DNA of 63,680 bases, filler included, from Octopus bimaculoides (Eukaryota): the NCBI RefSeq assembly GCF_001194135.2. It is 8 parts of 8 records of this genome, joined end to end, with 100 filler letters (N's around TTAATTAATTAA, not from the genome) between each part and the next. Parts side by side here need not be neighbours in the genome. Positions count along the whole stretch, not along the records: positions 10,957 to 31,645 come from NC_069003.1; positions 31,746 to 33,869 come from NC_068984.1; positions 33,970 to 39,664 come from NC_068982.1; 5 more parts are not named here. One strand, given 5' to 3'. Shown piece by piece: positions 22,996 through 34,892 of this stretch (position 1 is the first letter of the stretch; every line of letters starts with the position of its first letter). Below the pieces are notes generated by a model. The model was not told the DNA's origin, searched no databases, and worked only from the letters and a program-made list of their open reading frames with translations. Made by a program: the position numbers and the translations under genes.

Positions 22996-24548
22996 TATCC
23001 GCGGACCACAGTTTGAAAACCCCTGGTCCAGACTATGGAGCATAGGCAGAGATGAATGTAACTTGATTTATTTAAGATTAATCTCAGCTTAACTACTCTG
23101 TTAAATATTCTGAATAGTGTCTCAGATGGAACTGAAATATCGTCTTTTTTCCGTCTGGTTTTTTCTTCTACTTTCTCTCTCTCTCCCTTTCTATTTGTCT
23201 CTCTACATAACATGTGATTGTACACATGTTATGGAGGTGTGTGTGTGTGTGTGTGTAAGTGTAGATCTGTCAACAGTTAATGTATATGTATACATATTCT
23301 TGCATTGCCAACCAGATCAAGAGAAGACCTAGTATACAAGCCCGCTCTAGATTCATAAATTATCGAAAATTTCTTATCAGTGGAAATGAACCGTGTATGT
23401 ATGCATGTGTGCAGGTACTTGAAATTACACAACTTTTCATGTACACGTATGTGTATATGTGTGAGCGAGAGTGTGCACTTGACCTTTTCTGCCTGCAACT
23501 CCTCCACTATTTATCACTGTTAACTTGGTACTTTCGTTGATTATGGACAGTTTAGGAGCTGATTTTATTCCCTTCCCCAGACACCCTGTCTACACTTATA
23601 ACCAGTATATCTCTCCTTCCCTCACTCACTCTTTTTTTTTTTATCTCATCAATAAAATATAAATGGTAAAATTTCTTTCTTTAATGGCTATATTTAGGAA
23701 ATTCTAAAGAATATATTTGCATTTCTCAACTTGGATCTGCCTACCAAATGACGTTGGTAACCAAACATGGATGGAATTAATTTTTTTCTGTTGACTTGGC
23801 ATTATAGAGTGATTATGCAACCATCTATGTAACAATTAACACATAACATACTAGTAAATGCTTGTGAAACACATATAAAGATTATGTAATTCAAGATGGT
23901 ATGATAAAAAAAATTTTTGTAACTGAATCTCCAGTTTTATTCTGCTCTTGGATATACACTCTGTAATCTATTCAAATGTTCACAGCACCAGACAATAGTC
24001 TGTGGACAAATTATGTTTAAAACCTGATTGGAAGTTGGATAAGCTTGGATTTACATAAAGTTCTAAGGCTTAGAATCTAAGCAAAGGTTAACTGTTATAC
24101 TATCTCATTTGAAACATCCATTTTTCAACACACATATGCACATGCATGTGTGTAAACACACACACACACACACATTCATCATCATCATACATGTCTTCTG
24201 TGTTCACAGCCCACATTTCACTACCTTCTAATGTTGTTGTTTGTACACAAGCATTGAATAGTTAGTCTTTAACCCTTACAAAAGTTTTGTTACCAACAGA
24301 GATAATAGTTCTCTGAACTTTCTCCAGTCATTTTTATTCTAGCAACTATACTTTCAGTGCCTAACTGCTAAGTAGGCCTCCTAAGTAGTAGAAACCATCT
24401 ACTTTCTCTAAATATCCTCCTAGTCATTCCAGGAAATCTATTACTCATGGGGTTTTACCATTGAGGTAAATAACTTTTCTCTATATGACTTTATTTGATT
24501 TTGTAAATGAACAATCTGATGTGTTTATTTTTATGGCCTATCAATGTG

Positions 24549-25731
24549 CAGGGGTTGGACAAAATAATGGAAACACCTTAAAATTTCAAACAAATTTATT
24601 TTAATATGGACTGTCTTTGGCATTAATTACAGCTTGAATTCTATGAGGTATGGACTTGTATAAAGTTTGAATTGTTTCCAAAGGAATTTTTGTCCATTCT
24701 TCAGCTAAAACAGTCTCTAGTTCTTGTAGTGGTGATGGTGGAGGATATCGACTGCTTACTTGTTTTTCTAAAATGTACCATAAATGTTCAATAATATTGA
24801 GATCTAGGGACTGTGGTGGCTAGATAATATGTTCAACTTCACTAAAATGTTCCTCGTGTGAATTGGTGCATTATCATCTTGAAAGATTGCGTCTCCCTCC
24901 AGAAACAGTTCCACAACCATAGGATGAATTTGATCAGATAAAATGCTTAAATAGTCTTGACTATTAATTCTGCCATGAAGGGAAATCAAGATATAGCCCC
25001 CCAGATCATCACAGATCCTCCTCCATGTTTAACAATTAGAAGAAGGCATTCTGGGTCAAATGCTTCTTTTGGCAGTCTCTTCACGTATACTTGGCCGGTG
25101 GTCGGAAATAAGGTAAAGGATGGCTCGTCCGAGAAAATAACATTCTTCCACTGCTCTAGGGACCAATTCTGTAGGTTTTTACTTCACTCTAAACACTTTG
25201 CNNNNNNNNNNNNNNNNNNNNNNNNNNNNNNNNNNNNNNNNNNNNNNNNNNNNNNNNNNNNNNNNNNNNNNNNNNNNNNNNNNNNNNNNNNNNNNNNNNN
25301 NNNNNNNNNNNNNNNNNNNNNNNNNNNNNNNNNNNNNNAGGAGTCCGATGGTCCCTATGTGAAAATTTTGGTTTTCTTCCGGAGTTTTGTTTTGATGAGG
25401 AGGTTTTTCCCTCTTTCTCAAAGGCTGTCATTACTTTCGAGACAGTACTTCTTGATGCACCAAACATTTTGGCTGTTTTCGTTATGCTAGCACCTGCCAT
25501 ACGAGCACCAACAATTTGACCTCTTTGAAAGTCTGATAGATCTGTCATTTTAATGAATTTTAATTACCTTTTTCTGCTGATACCTGAAAAGAAACAGCAA
25601 TTTTAGCAAAACATATTAAGCAACACTAATAATAAATAAAAAAAAACATAAAAATAAACAAGCTTTTGACGATTTTATAGATATCTCAAAATTATGATGC
25701 TAGGTGTTTCCATTATTTTGTCCAACATCTG
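24549..25731 (-). mobile_element. Tc1 DNA transposon, both TIRs present, transposase decayed and gapped
   Basis: TIR caggggttggacaaaataatggaaacacct at both ends; MTDLSDFQRGQIVGARMAGAS...SGRKPK; FQDDNAPIHT; SPDLNIIEHLW-type motif. Confidence 0.92.
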
Positions 25732-25904
25732 TATATAGTGAGTTTCTTAAACATACGTGTCAGGAAGACACTTGGCAAGAAATACAAACAAAACTGAAAA
25801 AAGAAAAACTAATAATAATAATAATAATAATAATTGCAACAAAATGAAAATAATAAATGCTTTGAGACCCTAACATCTCAACCATTCATGGAATTTTCCT
25901 TTGT

Positions 25905-26878
25905 CTATTTCTTTCCTGTTTAGCTTATCCAAGTATTAGTGATGTAAGGGTTTTTCTTGCTATCATTTTATCATGGTATTTTGTAGTTCCCATTTCAGCT
26001 TAGATCTTAGTTGCTTTGTAACTTTTGCTGTTTCTTCTTTTTCCTCATAGTTATCAAGTATTATGACCGCTTTCTTGAATTTTTCAGTTAACTTGAAGAC
26101 CGAAAATAGTTTTTTGTTTCGCTCATGTTTTGTGGTTATTTGTATCAGTTTTCCTTGGTTCTGAGTTAAATATTTCTATATTCCTGTGGTGGTTATTTTA
26201 TAGTAGTTTTCTAATTGTATAAGGCCTCTACCACCTTCAATTCATTGTATATATAACCTTTCTATGTCAGATCTCATGTGGTGTATTCTAAATTCTGACA
26301 TTATTTTCTTTGTTTTCCTGTCTAGTTTGGCTAGTTTGTTTAGTGTCCAATTAAAAATATCATAACTTGTAACTGGGACAGCTAGAGTATTGATATCTAC
26401 TTCCATATTTTCTAATCTAACTCATTAATAATATTCTTTCCTTATCTCCTCTTTCATGTGTGTGTGTGTGTGTGTTGTACTCTATCTAGTTTGTTGATTC
26501 TTAAGTATTCATATGCCTGAATTTGATTTAGTTCTCTTATCTCGTTTTCTTTATCCAGTGTGGTATTGTTATTTTTAATTAGTTTTTCTCTTTCTAAGGT
26601 TGCTTTGACATGTTTTTCTTAGCTGGATTTCATATTTATTTCTTGGGTAAATCCATGCACTGTTTGTAAATCTATGCTCTGTTTCCAGTTGTTTATCATT
26701 TGCAGTAAGCAACTTGAGAAAATCCATAAACAAGAGATGGTTGATTGTTTTACCATAGCAGTTGCCCCCACATCCAGTTCTGTTTAGCATGTCAGTTAAA
26801 GGTGTCAGTGTCAGGCAGAAAAGAAGTGGAAAGAGCAAGCCTCCTTAGCATGTTCCTCTTCTAATGGGGATGGCTTTA
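25905..26878 (-). pseudogene. R4/Dong-type LINE reverse transcriptase fragment
   Basis: IPIRRG...LFPLLFCLTLTPLTDMLNRTG...INHLLFMDFLKL (YMDD equivalent). Confidence 0.8.
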
Positions 26879-26907
26879 GTTTTATCATCATCATCATCAT
26901 TATCATA

Positions 26908-27077
26908 AGGGTGGCGAGCTGGCAGAATCGTTAGCATGTTGGGTGAAATGCTTAGTGGTATTTTGTCTTTCTTCCCTTTCTGAGTCGATAAATTAAGTAC
27001 CAGTTATGCACTAGGGTCAATGTAATTGGCTGATCCCCTCCTCTGAAATTTCAGGCCTTGTGCCTATAGTAGAAAGG

Positions 27078-27116
<39 letters not shown>

Positions 27117-27117
27117 T
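26908..27117 (+). mobile_element. tRNA-SINE (ggcggcgagctggcag family) with (ATT)n tail
   Basis: Same family as the arrays at 41.8-43.9 and 50.7-51.9 kb. Confidence 0.8.
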
Positions 27118-27185
27118 AAGACATTGCACAGTATCCAATATCATGATGTTGTTGATAGAAGATANNNNNNNNNNNNNNNNNNNNN

Positions 27186-27540
27186 NGGGGGGGGGGGGTT
27201 GTACTGTTTGTCAAGTCACAACAAGGACCTCAAACAGACAGTACTTTATGCAATATGCTTGCAGTTCCATGAAATGCTGATTTTTGCAATACATCTAGAT
27301 TGTAGGGTATTTCTAAAGTTTCCAGGGTTTTTTCAGATAGGGTAGTATTGAACCCACTGCTTTGATAACAATAGGGACAACCTTTATGTTTGACTCTTGT
27401 AGCTGTCACATCTTGGCAATCTAAATTCTCAGGTCCCCATATTTATCAACCTTTTCTCTTTCTTTCATGATGATATGTTGATCTCCTAGTGCTGCGAGGT
27501 CGATTATTAAGCACTCTTGTTTGTCCCTCCTAAAGGTTAA
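27186..27540 (-). pseudogene. Second RLE-LINE 3' end (R4-like)
   Basis: ECLIIDLAALGD...KEREKVDKYGDL...KVVPIVIKAVG...LQKSAFHGTASIL. Confidence 0.75.
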
Positions 27541-27829
27541 CACATCTGACTTTTGGTGCTCTAACAACTTGTCTGTCTGGAAATTTATTATTAATTTATA
27601 TGTGGGTATTTTGAAAATACGTTATGGAGCAGCTACCATGCCCTGCATAGTTAGAATTTTTTCCCCTGAAACTGTTGGCCTTGTGCCAAAATTTGAAATC
27701 AATATTATTTTGTAGAAATTTAGCATACTTTTTGTCAATTTATTAAACCAATCCATAACATTTAAAAAGTGAAACCAAAAATTAAGATGTATAATAGACA
27801 TCAAAGTGAGGATAATCTTATTGTTTTAT

Positions 27830-28251
27830 TCTTTTACTTGTTTCAGTCATTTGACTGTGGCCATGCTGGAGCACTGCCTTTAGTCAAGCAAATTGACCCC
27901 AGGGTTTATTCTTTGTAAGCCTAGTACTTATTCTATTGATCTGTTTTGCTGAACTGCTAAGTGACAGAGATGTAAATACACCATCGGTTGTCAAGCAATA
28001 GTGGCGGGACAAACACAAACACACACACAAATACACACACACACATATATACGATGGGTTTCTTTCAGTTTCCATCTACCAAATCCACTCACAAGGCTTT
28101 GGCTATAGTAGAAGACACTTGCCCNNNNNNNNNNCACTCACAAGGCTTTGGCTATAGTAGAAGACACTTGCCCAAGGTGCCATGCATTGGGACTGAACCC
28201 AGAACCATGTGGTTGGTAAGCAAGCCTTTTACCATGCAGCCACTTCTGCAC
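27830..28251 (-). mobile_element. Full-length SINE of the ggcgtaggagtggctgtgtgg family
   Basis: Head tggctgc.tggtaa...gggttcagtccc, core ggcaccttgggcaagtgtcttctactatagcc; related copies at about 34239, 39020, 59525 and 60408. Confidence 0.8.
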
Positions 28252-28628
28252 TTATAAGCCACTCCTGCGCCTATCTAAAAGTGTTATTTTACCTACTCTA
28301 CAGACATCTGATTTGAAAGGGCGAATTAGTCTAGCTGTAGGTTTCTTTTCAGAATTAGGTTTATGGTCTTTTAAATTTATATGTAGTAGCATGAGTTCAT
28401 AAAGTCTGTTATGATCAGCAATTTTAAGGTCATTCACAATTTTAAATTTAGCTGAGTTGATATTATTTACTGTAGATAAAGAACTGTGTTTATAGTTACA
28501 TTGTAATTCCTTTTAAAGTAATGCGCTATAATTTTCAATACTTATGTTATAAAATAAAATTTAGAAATTAAATATTGTTTATCATAAATTTGTAAATATA
28601 TCTATATCTATCTATATATATATATATA

Positions 28629-28782
28629 TAACGTCGACCACTAACGTGGACAATTAATGCGCTAGAAATAGATCACATTTTGTGTCTATTAAGACCTAAA
28701 AAGTTCTCTTTTTAGGTCTTAATAGACACAAAATGTGATCTATTTCTAGTGCATTAATTGTCCACGTTAGTGGTCGACGTTA
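28629..28782. repeat. Near-perfect 154-bp palindrome (75-bp arms, 1 mismatch, 4-nt loop)
   Basis: 28629-28703 is the reverse complement of 28708-28782 except gcg/gca. Confidence 0.93.
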
Positions 28783-28920
28783 TTTTTAAAATGTACCTTA
28801 ATCCCCTGAGATTGCAGATAATATTTCTGAATCTCTTTGATTCTTTAAATGTGCTGGCCCCCTGATAATTAATCGATATTAATTAATATATTAATATATG
28901 ACTAATTACCAGATCTTATA

Positions 28921-28960
<40 letters not shown>

Positions 28961-29214
28961 GAAGAAGTGTGTGTGTCTGTATGTTTGTGCATATATATAT
29001 TCATATGCATGTAGGCATATATATATGTGTGTTTATATATATGTGTGCCCATTATAGATTTTTATTGAAATCTAATCAGCCTATAATTGAACTGGTTGTT
29101 AGTTTAACATGCATGGAAAGTTTCATCAAGATTGGTTCACTAGTGTAAGCAGCAAGATGGTAACAGACAGATTGACGGACAGAAATTGCCATTTATGTAT
29201 AAACACCTTTCAGT

Positions 29215-29610
29215 TGTTGAGTCTCATGGAGGCAATGACAATTGCGTGAGACTTCTGGCGATTTGGTGTGCTTGAGAAGATATGTCAAGTTAAATGAAAT
29301 CATGGTCATGGCCAGTATCATCACTGAGGCATAAAAAGGCACACGTGCCTGTGACATGTGGAAGGCATCCATGCTGGTGACATGTAAAAGATATCTGCAC
29401 TAGTGACATGTAAAAAAGGCACCAGTGCTGGTGACATGTGAAAGACACCTAAAACACTCTGAAAAGTGGTTGGCATTAGGAAGGGCATCTAGCTGTGGAA
29501 ACTAACCCAAAACAGATGACTGGCGCTCTGTAGTTTACCAGTCTCGGTCGAACCATCAAACCCATGCCAGCATGGAAAACAAATATTAAAAGATGATGAT
29601 GATAATGATG
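29215..29610 (+). mobile_element. RTE LINE 3' end with short tandem units in the 3' UTR and (TGA)n tail
   Basis: gtgtgcttgagaaga...aagttaaatga (VLEK..* C-terminus), ttggcattaggaagggcatc, gatgatgat tail. Confidence 0.65.
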
Positions 29611-29685
29611 ATAACACACACAAATACTGACTGGTCCCATCTGTTTTTTACATAAACTTTGCATTTTTGATATATTGTCAATGTA

Positions 29686-29913
29686 TTGGGTTGTCCGGAA
29701 AGTTTGTGCCGATTTTTAAAGGAAAGAAAAAGGTCAATAAATACTTGCCATTACATTTTTAATCAACCAAATATGAACCATTTTGTTGCACAATGCATCT
29801 CCATCTTTCCTTTAACTTGAAAATACCCTCTTCCCAGAATTGAGGTGGTTTCATGGCAAATAAGTCAAAAGGTAAGCTACTATAAATCGGCACGAACTTT
29901 CCGGACAACCCAA
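29686..29913 (-). mobile_element. Non-autonomous mariner (228 bp), TA TSD
   Basis: TIR ttgggttgtccggaaagtttgtgccgattt at both ends; FAMKPPQFWEEGIFKLKERWRCIVQQNGSYLVD*. Confidence 0.92.
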
Positions 29914-30403
29914 TATATTAAATTGCAAATGCTTAAATCGATGCCAGAGGTCAAAATTTCTCACACTCTAATCTGCATTATTTATATCATCCAACATTTT
30001 TGATCAGTTAATCTTACTGAAGTTATCTTTTTTTGTTTGTTGCTTTCAAATTTTTAATCACCTTGCAAAAGGTATTTTTAATCCATTAATTGCTTGGATA
30101 ATCTCAACTCCCCTTGTTACATATTTGTGATTCAGCCATATTTTTATCTTATCACTAAACCTTACTAGACTTGACAGCTCAATACTAAGAAAAATGTTTT
30201 TACTAGTAATAAAAAGCAATTTACTAACTTAGGTGACACCATAGAAGGGTGTGAATACATTCCTTCTGTCTTTTATTATTATTTTTGTTGTCATTATTGC
30301 TATTAGTTGTATTAACAATGCACTCTTGAGTACCGTGTCTAAGTTTGTTATTTAATTGTATATCCAAAGACATTTTTATTGTTAACACCTCTTATGCTAA
30401 CTA

Positions 30404-30530
30404 CAGGGTGTCCACAAAGTCTGGGTACATGAGGATTAATACATACTTTAAGAAATTATTATTTCTTATATTTAATTGTTTATGTTACGATTTCAGTTAC
30501 TCCATGTACCCAGACTTTGTGGACACCCTG
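30404..30530. mobile_element. Tc1/mariner-type MITE (127 bp), 28-bp perfect TIRs, TA TSD
   Basis: cagggtgtccacaaagtctgggtacatg and its reverse complement, flanked by TA. Confidence 0.92.
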
Positions 30531-31059
30531 TAGAGCTCTGGTGTGCTCATTGGCTCTTTTTTACTTGTTTATGGCTAAAAATTTGAAGAAATTTTGAATA
30601 TTTTATGTTTCAAAAATATTAATTTAAAAGATGATAGCTTGCTTTATCAGCGAGCCAGCCAGAGGGAGAAGTGAGTGGTGATTTTGAGAGGAGGGTGTCT
30701 CACCTTCAATCTGTCTGTGAATAAGGGTTTCCCCTCCCTCATAGTAAAAAGATTAAAATGTTACACCAACACTATTGCAATGTGTGACTACAGCAGCAGC
30801 AACAACAGAAAAAACCTGCAATATGTCAGTCAAGCTGACAACAATAAAAACACTACTACGAATAGCAACAACAATAACAGCAACGACATTAACAACAGAA
30901 ACGTCAGATTAAGAGCATCATTGTGGTCACTACGGCTGTCACAGCAGTTAGCAGTAAGGGCAAGCAGAGCGATACCAATAATGAAATAATGACAAAGCAG
31001 ACAAAGCAATGTGTTATAAGAAAGACATCACCGTAACCACTGCTACCACTGTTACAACA

Positions 31060-31240
31060 GTCGTCGTTGTCGTTTAACGTCCGCTTTCCATGCTAGCATG
31101 GGTTGGACGATTTGACTGAGGACTGGTGAAACCGGATGGCAACACCAGCCTCCAATCTGATTTGGCAGAGTTTCTACAGCTGGATGCCCTTCCTAACGCC
31201 AACCACTCAGAGAGTGTAGTGGGTGCTTTTACGTGTCACC
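31060..31240 (-). mobile_element. RTE-derived 3'-end repeat (SINE-like); further copies at about 58480-58640 (-) and 59857-60008 (+)
   Basis: tttaacgtccgctttccatgctagcatggg...ctacagctggatgcccttcctaacgccaacc. Confidence 0.8.
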
Positions 31241-31744
31241 CGATATATATTAACTCACACATAATTAAAAGAAAATCACAGAGAGAGGTAGGGTGTGTGG
31301 AACAGGGCAGGGGGTGGAGGAAGAGAAAAGCTAAAGCAGGAGAGGGCATGGGGAAGTAGGGGAAGACAAAGTTTCATGTGCATGTGTGTGGATTAGCAGC
31401 ATTTCATAGTCCACTTTTCCATGCTTGCATGGGTCAGATGACCAAAGCTTGTGAGTGGATTTGTTAGGCAGAAACTGAAAGAAGCCTGTCGTATATATGT
31501 ATATATATATATATATGTGAGTAAAAATAAATACAAAAAAAGGGTTTTGTATGATCGTGTATAGAGGAATATATTATTTTATTTAAAAGAGTTCCAACTA
31601 TGTCTGTTTTTTTATGTTTCATTTATATTCTTGTAAAATTAATGTNNNNNNNNNNNNNNNNNNNNNNNNNNNNNNNNNNNNNNNNNNNNTTAATTAATTA
31701 ANNNNNNNNNNNNNNNNNNNNNNNNNNNNNNNNNNNNNNNNNNN

Positions 31745-32090
31745 NCTCTCCTACACTGTCTTGCAACACGAAATACCTCGAGTCTTTGGTCCTCACGGCG
31801 CAGAACATTGGCAAATCTTTCCTTATCTGCTTCCCCTCTGGCTAAATAAACCTGTCGCCTAGCCTCCCTTCTGGCACATTGGTACAATTCCCTGCTACCA
31901 CCGTTCTTCCAGTCCTTCCAAGCCTGTTTCATTTGTCTAATAGCCCTGTCTACCTCCTTGTTCCACCACCACGTTACTCTGGGTCGGGAGGGGACCTTAC
32001 ACCACCCACAAATCTGGTCGGTGGCTTTAAACAGGTTGTCCCGCAGAAATCTCCAATCGTCTTCCACGTTGTATGATGCTATATCCCCTT
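31745..32090 (-). pseudogene. RTE LINE fragment (post-endonuclease linker)
   Basis: WRFLRDNLFKATDQICGWCKVPSRPRVTWWWNKEVDRAIR...RRQVYLARGEADKERFANVLRREDQR. Confidence 0.85.
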
Positions 32091-32156
32091 CTATTTCGTT
32101 ATATATATATATAATGTTTGTGTGTGTATGTATATATATATATATATGTGTGTGTG

Positions 32157-32187
<31 letters not shown>

Positions 32188-33589
32188 GTATATATATGTA
32201 CATACATATTCTCTTATGTGCATGGATATGTATACAATTTTCATTACATAATTTTGGGGTTCTGTCTGGTTTCTATTTCTCTCTTTGTTTGCTTCTTCTC
32301 TCAAACTAATCAAGAACCCCATGGCGGACAGAGAGACTGTTTCAAAGTCATCTGATTACAGGTCTCTCATTCATTTTGTTTATTTTCACTTCTTTTTATC
32401 ATTTTACTTTATCCAGCTTTACCGTGTTGTCATGGTGCCACCAGTGACTAGTGTTTGGTACAACTAAGTTTGCAAGTATCTTGTTCCAACTAAAACAAGT
32501 GGTCATGACCACTTCTCCAAATAAATTTCCAGGCTGATGCATCTCACAAAAAATCAGATGGTAAATTCTGTAGAATAAAAAATAATATTCTTGATGTTGT
32601 AAAAATTCTATGAACTTACAAGAGAACATGAAATAATTGGTTCTTGCAACATTGGTTCTCTTGCAGTATTGGTTCTCACATGAAGCTATGAATAATAGTA
32701 ATCTTTTCATTTTTAGTGTGAAATGTATTTCAGGATTACTATTAAAAAAAAACAAAACTTTCTTTGTCCTGATAGTGTTTTTTATACACTTTTTTTATAT
32801 ATCAATTTAATAACTTTAACAGTATGATGGCATTTCTCCATCTTTAGCGTGTCAGATTTATCTATTCTATGTATCACAGACAAGGTATTTTCTCTATTTC
32901 CTCTTACATAATTTTTTTTATAGTCTTGCTACACTATATACTCTCCCTGCCCCATATCTGAAAATCTTGATTTTCTCTTACTGGTTTCAATCATTAGATG
33001 TGGTTGTACTGGGTACTGCCTTTTGCATTTTAGTCAGTTAGATAGATTTCCCCTCTTCACCTCAATATTTATTTATCAGTCTCAAAAATGTGAAAGGCAA
33101 AGCAGTCGTGGGTAGGAGCTAAGCTCAGAACATAAAGAACGTAAAGCAAATACCACAAGATATTTTGTCTTTTGTTCCACTGATTCTGTCATCCACCAAC
33201 CAATATATATATATATGTATATTTAATATTATATAGATACATCCCAGATGGTACACTGGTAGGTTCATTAGCATGCCAGACAAAATGCTTAGCACCATTT
33301 CATCCCTCTTTACATTCCAAGTTTAAATTCCACTGTGGTCAACTTTGCTCTCCATCCTTTTGGGGTCAGTAACTTGTGCCTTCCCTACAAAAATTTCAGG
33401 CCTTGTGCTTTTAGCAGAAAGGATTATGTAGATTTTTCCAATAGGCTTTCTGCACAAGTTCTCTTTGCCAAATTTTGTAATACTGTGGTTGACCTAAATT
33501 TGTGGGATCAAACTTGCTTGTGGCTCGTGTATACTTCAGACGTTCAATACAGTTAGCTGATATTTTTCACTTATTGTTCTGTAGTTGCT

Positions 33590-33869
33590 AATAATTGTTT
33601 AGCTCCATGTCCTGCTTGTTTATGCAGAACTTCTGATCGAAGGCATTCCAGCTATGACTATCTTGTCTTTCTTCTAGGCACAGTGCACATTGGTTGTCAT
33701 TATCCGATGCATTTTTCTTTCTGAGATAATAGTATGATTTGAAAGAAGATTTGGCTACTCTTATCCTTGTTGTCAGTAGCAGTGTTTTAATGTCCATTGC
33801 TGACGGCAGCAGTGTTTTAATGTCCATTGCTGACAACAGCAGTGTTTTAATGTCCATTGCTGATGGCAG
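33590..33869 (-). mobile_element. Probable RLE-LINE zinc-knuckle region with a 30-bp tandem repeat (3+ units, runs into gap)
   Basis: Unit cagcagtgttttaatgtccattgctgacgg x3 at 33777-33869; adjacent KNASDNDNQCALCLEE. Confidence 0.5.
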
Positions 33870-33998
33870 NNNNNNNNNNNNNNNNNNNNNNNNNNNNNNN
33901 NNNNNNNNNNNNNTTAATTAATTAANNNNNNNNNNNNNNNNNNNNNNNNNNNNNNNNNNNNNNNNNNNNATGTGTATATGTGTGTATATATTTATATA

Positions 33999-34031
<33 letters not shown>

Positions 34032-34404
34032 GTATGTGTATATATACATGTATATATGTGTACATACATATATATATTTTTATATATATATATGCATGTA
34101 TGTATGTATACATATAATTAAATTAAAACATAGGGTAAAAAATCAGATATTAATTAATATCGATTTATTACCAAGAAGCCAGCACATTGAAAGAATCAGA
34201 GAGATTCAGAGAGATCTCAGATATGTATACATATATATAGGCACAGATGTGGCTGTGTGGTAAGTGGCTTGCTTACCAACCACATGGTTTCAGGTTCAGT
34301 TCCATTGTGTGGCATCTTGGGCAGGTATCTTCTACTATAGCACCGGGCTGACCAAAGCCTTGTGAGTGGATTTGGTAGACGGAAACTGAAACAAGCCCAT
34401 TGTG

Positions 34405-34892
34405 TAGGGCCACTCCTCAAAAAAGATGGTACACTCACAGAAACCCAATGAGGATAAGTGAAATACTAAATGAGCAATTCAAAAGTGTTTTCACTCCACC
34501 CCTTGGGCACTTTCAAGTCAGCAATCCAACTGACTTTTTTACCACTGCAGATATAAAAACAGAGGCAATGATGATCGATTACATCAATATAAAGGAAGGG
34601 CTATAGATGAAATGAACCAAAACTCAGCTACTGGCCCTGATGGATTCCCAGCAATCCTTCTAAAAGTATGTAAGCGAGTCCTAGCAAGACCACTGCAGTC
34701 CCTCTCTTTCAGAGCTTCCTTGCATCTGGCAAACTCCCCCAAAAAACTGAAGGAGGATAAAATATGCCCTATTTGTAAAAGAGGTAGCAGAGCGGAGGCC
34801 AAGAAATACAGACCTATCTCTCTGACCCCGCACATCAGCAAGGTCATGGAACAAATAGTCAGAAGAAAACTAATTGCCTTCCTTGAAGAAAA
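34405..34892 (+). pseudogene. CR1-like LINE RT N-terminal fragment placed between a SINE body (34239-34404) and a microsatellite
   Basis: LNEQFKSVFT...SATGPDGFPAILLK...YRPISLTPHISKVMEQIVRRKLIAFLEEN. Confidence 0.85.

Noticed and set aside
28087-28175. Direct duplication of about 40 bp on both sides of a 10-N gap (also at about 62866-62970)
   Set aside because: Unmerged contig overlap, an assembly artefact.
32496-32513. Perfect 18-bp palindrome aagtggtcatgaccactt
   Set aside because: Does not extend; one such palindrome per about 60 kb is plausible by chance.
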